In this document: positions 54,901 to 64,000 of the stretch, piece by piece
Position numbering within the stretch: the stretch's first letter is position 1
Layout of the letters: the number at the start of each line of letters is the position of its first letter
Assembly: GCA_030248215.1 (NCBI GenBank)
Contig: JASANG010001414.1
Span: 372,001-436,000 of the forward strand
Direction: 5' to 3'
Length of the DNA: 64,000 nt
Source: Enoplolaimus lenunculus
Taxonomy: Eukaryota
The notes under the pieces: generated by a model
The model's input: the letters and a program-made list of their open reading frames with translations, nothing else
What the model was told of the DNA's origin: nothing
The model's database searches: none
Position numbers and translations under genes: made by a program

Positions 54901-57900
54901 TTAACAAAAGAACTCAAAGACTCTAAATTGAAAACTTATGTATTGCAGCAAACAAACGGCGCTACTACGAATGGCCCATGTAAAGATTACGGGGCAGGAT
55001 AGCCGTATGCCCATTCTTACGCTTAGGCTTAGGCTTAGGAATATGCTTATATACTGTTCCACCCGTGTTTTTTACATTTTCACTCAGAATCATCAAGTTT
55101 GCTCAGCTGTAGTCAGTAACTGGAGCAGGCCAGGGTGGAGTCTCCCCAAAACTCTTGGGTTGGAACCCCTTGCAATAATCAATATATTTTTCAAATTTTT
55201 TGCTTAAAATCTTGTTAAGGCGGAAGCCCCTATTTGGGGTGGGACCCCCCAAATCGGGGTATGGCCAATGGCAAACAGCACCGGCCTGGCGTTGGTATTA
55301 CGTCTCCGTGCATAGCGTATGACTAAGTTTATCTATCGAGTGACACGACCTAACCAACTGATAATACTAGAATGCTTAACACTATTTATATTACAAACAG
55401 AAGTTTCCAAAGACTTATAGGCTCAGGGTTTAGGTTCGTGTTGTCGAAACCTTCATTTTGATTTGGGTACCAAGCGGTGCCAATGTTAAAGGCTATTTTC
55501 ATTACAGACTAGCGGCTCTGTCGCATCGTTGCCTCATGTACTATTTGTTGTTCTTCGAGGACACGCTGCATCATCACGTGATCAGTTATCCGTTACGTAA
55601 GTTACTGACTAGTGATTCAACGCCATTAACCCTTTCTCATATGAATACTTACACCATATCACAGCGTCACGTGTAGGTGGCGGTTACTGTCGCTACTCAG
55701 CTATAAGAGTTTGACGCTCAAGACCGACTAGGTTTTCAGTTTTTGTGAAGATTTCGCACTGCGCTACGCACACGCGTAGTAGGTGTTAAACGTTACATAT
55801 TGGATGTTAATTTTAGCTAAAAGCTACTCAAAGTCTGCGATATGTGAAAACAGGGTTAAGTTAACACGTCAAAATGTATTTCAGTTGAGTTGAATGCGTT
55901 CTCGGCTATCTGAGTTAATACAAAATCTAAAATTGAATATTTTGCACGAATATTAACTCTGCGACTTGGTGTTTTTTAGTTTTAATACTCCAAATTTAAA
56001 TTCAACTTCGAGTATTTTTCACATCATTTACAAGATTTAGTACCTATTGTATATTTTTTTATTGTTCTAATGCAATTTCCACAACAACATGCGTACAACA
56101 GTTGACTTTAGAGGGGCTGGGGGTTATGGACACTGAAGCTTTTTTGGTTTCAGTATCGTGGATACTACTGAACATTTTTAGCTTCAGTGTTCATAACACC
56201 ACCCCCTCAAAAGTCACCTGGTATACGCATGTTATTGTGGAAGTTGCATAAATTAAAAAACCCCCGAAAAATACTTAATATTTTTTAAGATTTGGCGAAC
56301 GTATAACACCACCCCCTCAAAAGTCATCTGGTATACGCATGTTATTGTGGAAGTTGCATAAATTAAAAAACCCCCGAAAAATACTTAATATTTTTTTAAG
56401 ATTTGGCGAACGTATAACCACCACCCCCTCAAAAGTCACCTGGTATACGCATGTTATTGTGGAAGTTGCATAAATTAAAAAAACCGCGAAAAATACTTAA
56501 TATTTTTTTAAGATTTGGCGAACGTATAACCACCACCCCCTCAAAAGTCACCTGGTATACGCATGTTATTGTGGAAGTTGCATAAATTAAAAAAATGGCG
56601 AAAAATACTTAATAAATTTTTTAAGATTTGGCGAACGAGTTACCGTAGTCGATGCGTCAGATCAAACATGGTGGCACGTCAAAAAGGATCATAATCCTGT
56701 GAGCAGAATATTTTTCAATGTAATTTCAAAGTTTTCAAACCGTCAAGTATGGGCGCATGCATGTCGCCGCAGCGGTTTTGATGTTGTTATTGTTGTTGTT
56801 GTTTTTGCCAATATGCTACTTTGAGCAATTAATCTATTAACATTTAATCCTTAAATATTACACGCAATTTGTACACAAAATGTTATGTTGAAAATATTCG
56901 TTCTGACTGAAAATAAGTAACTCAACATTTTTATATAACTGAGTGTACAGGTTGAGGAAACCGCGACCTGAACCGGACTGATTTATTCCAGTTATGTCCA
57001 GGTCAAATATTTAGAAATTTTTGGGTGATTCTACGCAAGATATTGTGGATGATAGGTGTGGACTGACCTATGTCATACTGTTCCAAGTAGTCAGAGGTCG
57101 GTTCGTTTATACGAATTGCCAGGATCCATTTTTGCAGTGTCGGAGCAGGCAGGGGTTGGGGGCCTCCCCGTAAATTGCAGGGTAGAGGCCCCCAAACTCG
57201 CGTGTGAAGCGAGCGATGGGAGGTGGCTGCTCCGGTCCTGCATTTTTGGCTTCAGTATAGCCTTGGTGGAATTATATATCGAGGTATTGATTAATTTTTG
57301 TTCAAAATTGTTGTAAAAACCGCACTATTCGTTGTACCATAACTTTTCCTTGCTTGCCTGTGCCAATGTATAGAACAGGGCCATTACAGTAGTATAAGCA
57401 TATTTTTACCCTTGTCGGTTAGTATAATGCTGTAATATCTACAGGGATAAATATTGTCGCAATAGCGGAACCTAACTGGCTTGAACTCAAAAATATATTC
57501 CTTGACAATTATTTTGACCAACTACAAAATTAGCAGGTTATCTTAAAAATTTGTTTTTTTTTTACCATTGTCTCACCTGTATATATACGCTTGATATTTA
57601 CTATGCTATGAGCTAATGTTTAATTCGCTATTTTTGCCTTGGTTTGAAATAAAGCCGACCGAAGAATTACAGTGTGGGTTACATACAGGACAGGCAACTA
57701 ATTCAGCTTGACGCATGCATACGATGAGGCGAGTTTCGTTTTTGAACTTTATCCACACGTTCGGGCCGTACCATACCTATGTAATAATCCTTTACCTGCT
57801 TACACTGTAAATTCCGATGAGTTAATTAATCAACTCACAGAGAGAATTAGTTATGTCTGGTTATTTCTGAATTAATAATGGAAAATATTAACTCGCTCTG

Positions 57901-59854
57901 AGCTGATTTAACTCCGGTTTACTGGATTAATTTACCCACAATGAGTTTAATCAATTCAGATTTCTGAGCTCTGAAAGATCTAATTCAGTGCTCATGCTTC
58001 TGAGTGGATTCAACTCATTCCGAGTTAAAATCAACTCGCTGGAATTTACAGTGTATTAATTTTGTCTTCAATTTTTGGTATACTAAAAATAATTATATAA
58101 CTCGAAAGAACATAACCAAAATGGTAAACAGGCGTTCGTGATAGCAATTTCAAATTTTAACTATCAAGCATTACAGATGAAGGTCACTTAGTGAAATAAT
58201 CACAGATAATTCGCAGGCAAATTTAACTGCACGTACTCAGAACAGTAATATCCAAAAATGAGTTTTAATAAAAATATTTTGAAATTTAAAAAGCATATAT
58301 TAGGGATAGGCGGATATTGCCTTCATGAAATTTTCGGAGAGACAAGAAACAACAGTTTTTAAGAGGCTTTAGAATAACCATCTGGATTCTAGAGGTTAAA
58401 AACTTAATCTTTTGGGCAAAATTCCCGCTGTGTTTGTGTCAAACAATTGACACAATTTTAGCTCATGCGCAAAACATTAAAAATATTGATCCAATAGGTA
58501 AGCCTAAGCCTAAACGAAGTAAAAAATTAGTCTAAACTTTAAGCTTATTCTATTCGAGTGCTACACAAAAACGTTCCGCCCCTGATCTTTTGCATGGGCC
58601 AAAGTTTCAAACACGAGTCGTCACCGCCTGATAACTGAATTTCTTAGTTTGACGCTGCATACAATAAGTTTTTGCATTTTAACTGACCAATAATATTAAT
58701 GTTTTGCTATTTTAGGCGAGCAAAAACGTGCCACCAGGCCAAACTGGCCTTGTACCTTCGGCGTGTCTTGCCAAAATTTACCAGAACGAAAAGCTTCTAC
58801 GGGTTTTGCACAATTTGCAAGTATGCGGCGAAAATATTTCATCAATTCACTTGACTAAAGATCAGGTAAACTCAAAAAATAGATTTGAATATTTTTTCGC
58901 CAAAACACATGATTTAAACAGAAGTGTAAAGTATCAGTTGAACGAAAAAAATCGCTTGCATCATTTAGCAATCAGTGTTGAATAAAACTTAAATCGAATA
59001 CGGAGGTCGATTTTCAGTTGAATCCCTTTTCAGATCTTCGGTTGTGCCTCAAAATCACATTCAAACGTGAACTTTAATTAGGATTAGTTTTTAAAACGTT
59101 AATATTTTAAAATTTCACTACCACCTTCGCTTATAATATAATAAACTTCGGCTTTACTGCACTATATTCCGAAGGTAGGGTTTTTAAAGATTTCATGTAG
59201 CGACGCGTATATTATACAATTTTTTAAAAAAGTACTAAAATTTTATGTAATTAACTAGCTTTAAAGTTTGTGCTTCAACTTTGAATTATGACAAGAATAA
59301 TCTTTGCCTACATGCTGAGTTGTACACTTTCTCTTCTCAGTTGCACACTTTCTCTTCTACACAAGCGTACGCCTAATTCTTAGCCTATATCACACCAGAT
59401 TTTATAATTCAAAATCTAGATGAAAGCGCACGAGATCTGTCGCTAAGTGTGACCCATGTAAATATCAGGGACGAAACGTTTTTCTGCAGGATTGTAATAG
59501 AGAAAGCTTAACTCTGGATTAATTTTTGCTTAAAATTAAGCTTACGCTAACGCTTTGATATAAGCTCATTCTTTTGCTTAGGCTTCGACTTAGGCTTCGG
59601 AAAATGCTTATACCACTGTTATGGCCTTGTACTATACATTGGCCCTTAGTCTCAGCTTAACATCCGACCCCGTAATGGTTCTCGTTTGGCTAGAAATATA
59701 AATCTAGCAGTCGGTTTTTACGTTTGATGTATATTTTCATTACACTTTTCAGATTGTATTCGGTTCAAAATTTATTCCTGGCCAAGACTGTACCATTCGT
59801 ACTATTGATGATTATCGAGCGAAGTGTCCGTCGACCTATCTTGCTCCTTTGTGA
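48959..59854 (+). CDS. Stac: STAC-like adaptor (C1 zinc finger + tandem SH3), about 480 aa, 11 exons
   Basis: Exons 48959-49340, 49910-50016, 50996-51119, 52013-52113 (alternative in-frame acceptor 51986), 52642-52736, 53935-54026, 54749-54876, 55508-55596, 56626-56698, 58716-58865, 59753-59854; GT-AG, phases match. C1 domain H..CACC..CELC..H..C..C, STAC-typical VDPVY motif, SH3-1 (VTVVDASDQTWW...GLVPS), SH3-2 (EKLLRVLHNLQV...KDQIV...CPSTYL). Confidence 0.85.
49681..49829 (-). mobile_element. TTAGGC-bearing MITE, short copy
   Basis: CGCCAATGTATAAAACAGG ... CCCTGATCTTTGCATGGGCC; TSD agccggtc/agccagtc (7/8). Confidence 0.85.
52840..53011 (+). mobile_element. TTAGGC-bearing MITE
   Basis: GGCCCATGTATA ... 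[25 protein letters not shown] gtaatgtt/gtaacatt (6/8). Confidence 0.8.
53688..53878 (+). mobile_element. TTAGGC-bearing MITE, best-preserved copy
   Basis: TIRs GGCCCATGTATAGAACAGGGCC / GGCCCTGTTCTATACATTGGCC (21/22 match); perfect TSD tgctcgat. Confidence 0.95.
54538..54718 (-). mobile_element. TTAGGC-bearing MITE (further partial copies at about 18332-18490, 54973-55085, 57361-57405, 58498-58600, 60794-60960)
   Basis: TAGAACAGGGCCGTAACAATAGTATAAGCATATT ... CCCTGATCTTTACATGGGCA. Confidence 0.8.
55630..55855. mobile_element. piggyBac-type MITE (TTAA TSD)
   Basis: ttaa|CCCTTTCTCATAT ... ATATGTGAAAACAGGG|ttaa; internal homology to the 62542 copy. Confidence 0.75.
56193..56638. repeat. Tandem repeat, ~111-bp unit x4, covering a MITE arm plus the STAC exon 9 acceptor
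   Basis: Units start at 56193, 56303, 56414 and 56526; each ends in TTTTAAG|ATTTGGCGAACG. Confidence 0.92.
57803..58053. mobile_element. CACTGTAAATTCC-ended MITE with TA TSD (fragments also at about 7680-7800 and 11640-11830)
   Basis: ta|CACTGTAAATTCC ... GGAATTTACAGTG|ta. Confidence 0.85.
59451..59644 (+). mobile_element. TTAGGC-bearing MITE
   Basis: GACCCATGTAAATATCAGGG ... GGCCTTGTACTATACATTGGCC; TSD ctaagtgt/cttagtct (6/8). Confidence 0.85.
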
Positions 59855-59989
59855 TATCACCGCACTTCTGTGGCAAAAAATACATTTTCAACTTTGACTC
59901 TTAACAGTTATTTGTTACCATTGCGTATTAATGAATATGTTTTTTTATTCTGCGCTTTTGTACTACACTTAAAATTTGGTTAATATATT

Positions 59990-59995
59990 AATAAA
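59990..59995 (+). promoter_or_regulatory. Candidate polyadenylation signal for the STAC-like gene
   Basis: AATAAA about 135 nt after the TGA; the AT-rich context makes chance occurrence possible. Confidence 0.4.
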
Positions 59996-61487
59996 ATTGT
60001 CAAAACTGCCGAAATTCCAGTGTTTCGCTAATAAAACTTGCGTTTTGTTCTAGGCTGTCTACAGCATACGACAGTTGAACAGGTGCAGAGTTTGATTTAA
60101 GGGAGACTAAAGCTCGAACGCAAAACGGTTGTTGAAACCAGCTAAGGTTTCAATGCATAATATTGGATTCGTTTGACGCGCGTATTGTCAGGATTTAGTC
60201 TGTAAATCTAAATCATTATAATTTATTTTAAATTTAATAGTGGAAAAAATTTTAAGGTGATGTAACGTGGAAGGTGTCGGGATATTTATAACAGCCCCTG
60301 TCCCTGTACCAACCACGCACCGAAATTCAGAATTACACTTCGTATATAAGTATATATATGTTTAGACCGGTTTATAAAAAACGCCGAAATAATGTCTATC
60401 ACAGTTCACTTTGATGTCCCTGTATGACAAAAAACTTAATCGAGTATACCGGTGTACAAAATGCTGTTTCGGCCAAACACCAGCCAATGTAATTTTTTAA
60501 GATGTGTCATGTGTCTACCACGTCATATCTGACAGTTATCCACGGCAAAGCACTTTTTAGCTTAAAGTTTAATTTTACGAAAAAGGAACCTATTTTGCGG
60601 TTTTTGTTTCGCGAATTAAATATTTTCAAGAAACATAAACTGCGCTTCGGTACAGTTCCTTTAACAGCCTGAGAGTCTTTTAACGAACTCTGCAGCAGCA
60701 TATATTATCAAATATAGATGCATGTTACAAAACCTATAATCAGTTAACGATAAGCGTTTTAATTTTAGAAGCACTGAACAAGAAAGTTAGATAGGCCAAT
60801 GTATAAAACAGAGCTGCTAGACTAGTAAGCCTATTTTGTACACCTAAGTGTAAGAATGAGCTTATATACTTATCCTTAGCGTAATCCTTAGCCTAAGCAA
60901 AAAATAGTCTATAGCGTAAGCTTCGTCTATTGTAGACCCGTATAAAAACATTCCGCAACTGTTTGCACTTAAATTAACCTACCCCTGTGTAAATTCACAG
61001 CTCAGCGGATGTCACAGTTCGCTTGTTTAAAAACATTTCTAACTACTGCAGTGATCCGAATACGAGGGGAAGTACTAAGAGTCCGGGTCCATATTTTGGA
61101 TGAATTTATTGGAGTCATTTGTCAAATTAGTGTCCTGAAATGGATAGAGTACAACGTTAATACCATAAACTTACAGTTACCGTAATTATTTCGGATAAAT
61201 GCCTCATGTGCCAAATTAAACATGGTACATAGAATTTGATTTTGCGCCGCTGCCGATACCAAAATTTTGAAGATGCCGATTCTTATTTTCAAATTTTATC
61301 GATACCGATGCTGGTGCAATATTTAAAGTATACGTTACCCACAATCATAGCAGCATACTCAATACAGTATATTCGTAATGTTCTAATAAACCGTAGAGAA
61401 TGGCTAACATAATTTAAACACGTGTGTTCCAAGTCACTGTACTTGGATTGAAAAATAAATAACAGTCCGAAACCGAATAGCGAAGGC

Positions 61488-61823
61488 GCCCATGTAAATA
61501 TCAAGGGCGGAAGGTTTTTCTGTGGGACTAAAATTGAGACAGAGGCGGATTCAAAAATTTCTGACGGACGGGACGGGCTGGCAAATGTTATGAAACGCAA
61601 AATTTGTAAGATAGCTTACCATTTTAACACAAAATTTTCTGATGGGGAGGCGTACCCCCCCGCACCCGCCCCCCCTCTGGATCCGCTAGTGAATAGAGTA
61701 AGCTGAAGCGTTAGATGCATTTTTTGCTTGGCTTAGACTTAGGCGTAGGCGTGGGCATAGGTTTAGGCTTAAGAATAGGAATATGCTTATAAAACTGGTC
61801 CGCCCCTGTTCCTTACATTGGCC
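61488..61823 (+). mobile_element. TTAGGC-bearing MITE with a nested hAT-like MITE (61540-61691)
   Basis: Outer GCCCATGTAAATATCAAGGGCGG ... CCGCCCCTGTTCCTTACATTGGCC; inner CAGAGGCGGATTCA ... TGGATCCGCTAGTG flanked by aattgaga/aatagagt. Confidence 0.8.
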
Positions 61824-62278
61824 GCCAAGGGCGTACTCTATGAAAAGGCCAAATAAACAACTGCAATCGTTACAGGTGCTATATACAGCTGAGAATACGG
61901 CACCTTGTACTAGCGTTGATTAAATTGCTTTTTGCAACGATTAACTTTAGACATTGTGGACAATATCGTTTACTGAGCAGCTTAATCTTGTAAAGGCTGC
62001 ACCTGATAACAATATTTGCGTTATAGACTACTAAAATAGTAACAACATCCACGTTAAATATGGTTTCTGCACTACAACTTTACCTAAGGACGCGTTTTGT
62101 ATTTAACTGTTTAGTAAATAATACCGGTATAGTAGACCGAACTCTTCATGTGACCACTGAATAAACCTGGTTTCTTGAAAATTAATTTAAATAACGGTTT
62201 TAATATATGAAACCGATACAGCAAGCAGCGTACCTGCATCTTGAAAAATTGGGTCGTTTCGATATTTTTGGTTTAGAC

Positions 62279-62450
62279 CGGGTCCGTAGGCAAGTGGGTG
62301 CAGGGGTGCTCAGCTTCTTCTTCCACCGGTAGAATTTTGCGCACTGCCTGGAAACTCTTCAGCCTTGCTTATAAGTCATCGGAAACCTTTGTATGCCTCT
62401 TCTGAAAAATATTAATCCCCCGCTACCAAAGTGACCTGGCTACGGGCCTG
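62279..62450. mobile_element. hAT-like MITE (CAGGCCCGTAGCC-type TIR, 8-bp TSD); family members at 15038-15193, about 49365-49530, 53213-53381
   Basis: TSD gtttagac/gttcagac here and gtggtgga/gcggtgga at 15038; shared core CTTGCTTGTAAGTCATCG...CTGAAAAA. Confidence 0.75.
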
Positions 62451-62541
62451 GTTCAGACTTCGGTATAACAATAAGGATTGCTCTAATGATAAACATTTAA
62501 GAACAATTTTAAAGATAGTAAACTGAAAATTTTTCGCTTAA

Positions 62542-62803
62542 CCCTTTATCACATGAATACTTTCAATTTCCCCTGAGACCTAATTTTATTCTAGGATTCG
62601 AACTCCAGTGCCTGGAGTGGGAGGCGTATACCATCACCACTCAGATTAGGAGCTTGACGCTCGAGCCCGAGGGAGCTCTCACGTCTTGTGGTGATTTAGT
62701 GCTATGTATACCTGTTGCAATTATTAAACACTGTGCGATATATATTATTCAACGTATATACACTGCGCTGAGTTGGCTATAGGCAACTCAATGTGAGAAG
62801 GGG
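62542..62803. mobile_element. piggyBac-type MITE (TTAA TSD) with a tRNA-like core
   Basis: ttaa|CCCTTTATCACAT ... ATGTGAGAAGGGG|ttaa; A/B-box-like sequence on the minus strand. Confidence 0.8.
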
Positions 62804-63244
62804 TTAATTAAAAATTACCAATATTGCGCTTGGCTTCTTGCTCGCTGCGTTACCGAGATTTTTTTCGCTATTATACATCATACCCCCACGTTAGATTTTT
62901 CGGAGTCTGACACTGGTGCAACATGAATTGTATTTTAAACGGTTGCACTGGAGTTGCCTTTGGAGTTTATTTCAGGTCAACAAAATTTGTCTTCTATTTT
63001 TCTCTTTTGAGACACGCACTATTTTCAGCTTTTTTATGTAACTTTTTAATCTTGATTTAATAGAGTAAAGTCTATTTTACCACTTTTAGGTCACCAGATT
63101 TCAAATTATTTACTATTTAATTTTTTATTTTACGTAATCATGGAGAAAAAACTTTATGTCGAGGATGCTGAACCAAAAGGTTTTAGTTGATTAAAATTTT
63201 TTACACTGAATTTAACTTGAAAAGCAATAAAAACGTAACCGCGC

Positions 63245-63451
63245 GGCCAATGTAAAGAACAGGGGCACAACAGTATTTTACAAGCATATTCTTAAGCCTC
63301 AGCCTAAGAGAAAGCCCAAGCGTAAGAATGGGCATATTCCTGAGACTAAGCCTAAGTCAGACAAAACAATTAGTCTAGCTTTTAAGCTAGTCGAAAGCTT
63401 TTAAGCTTACACTTTTCTAGTCCCACAGAAAAACGTTCTGCCTCTGGGGCC
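63245..63451 (-). mobile_element. TTAGGC-bearing MITE
   Basis: GGCCAATGTAAAGAACAGGGGC left end, GCCTAA repeats, ACAGAAAAACGTTC subterminus, right end truncated. Confidence 0.8.
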
Positions 63452-63800
63452 GCCGTGGCTTTTACAAAGCTACCTGCGACTTCGCGGTTATTCCTTTTAT
63501 CTTTTGATTGTTGCCAACACAAAATAGCAAATACTGAATATACTGGAAATCGAAACAAATACTGAATATTGATTATAACTAGTGCTCACATTTTTCAAAT
63601 ATGTGTAGAAACGATTACCAGTTGATGATAGGTTTTCAAACAAACGAACTGTTGATGCGTATATTTAACAAACTTCTCACACGGTAAAAAGCGTCCGCCA
63701 CATAGAACAGGAAAATGTATAGTTAGTTTGGCTCAATAACTCAAAAGTTACTACACCTACTGCCAATTGAGATGAATGCAAAAGCGCAGTTGCAATTTCA

Positions 63801-64000
63801 GGCTTATGTAAAGATCAGGGGCGGAACGTTTTTCTATGTGACTAGAATAGAGTAAGGTTAAGCTTTAGGCTAAATTTTTTGATTGGCTTAGGCTTAGGCT
63901 TAGGCTTAGGCTTAAGCTTGCGAATAAACTCAATCTTACGCTTAGGCTTAGGCTTAGGAATATAGTTATAACAGTGTTCCGCACCCTGTTCTTTACATTG
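63801..64000 (+). mobile_element. TTAGGC-bearing MITE running to the window edge
   Basis: GGCTTATGTAAAGATCAGGGGCGGAACG ... CCCTGTTCTTTACATTG (the last bases lie outside the window). Confidence 0.85.

Noticed and set aside
63140..63179. Possible first exon (MEKKLYVEDAEPK) of a downstream gene
   Set aside because: Too short, weak donor, and no further exon inside the window.
1..64000. Autonomous transposase or reverse transcriptase gene
   Set aside because: No ORF with DDE or RT motifs was seen; all recognised elements are non-autonomous.

Overview
AT-rich, intron-rich eukaryotic DNA, very probably from a nematode (abundant TTAGGC telomeric-type repeats, tttcag/ttttag splice acceptors, UNC-29-type receptor). 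I reconstructed four spliced genes by hand, all with GT-AG introns and consistent phases: (1) a divergent non-alpha nicotinic acetylcholine receptor subunit, UNC-29-like (+, 9 exons, 545 aa); (2) a Shab/EXP-2/KVS-like voltage-gated K+ channel (+, 7 exons, 771 aa); (3) a secreted PAN/Apple-like protein (-, 2 exons, 317 aa); (4) a STAC-like C1 + tandem SH3 adaptor (+, 11 exons, about 480 aa). Non-coding DNA is packed with short non-autonomous DNA transposons. The most striking is a family of about 20 or more copies with GGCC-starting ~22-bp inverted ends and 8-bp target-site duplications that carries variable-length TTAGGC arrays and often sits within ~100 bp of exons. Also present: a piggyBac-type MITE with a tRNA-Gly-like Pol III core, CACTG foldbacks, hAT-like MITEs, a 1.6-kb 25-bp satellite, and a tandem repeat that quadruplicates a STAC splice acceptor. 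Family assignments come from motif recognition from memory; no database searches were run.
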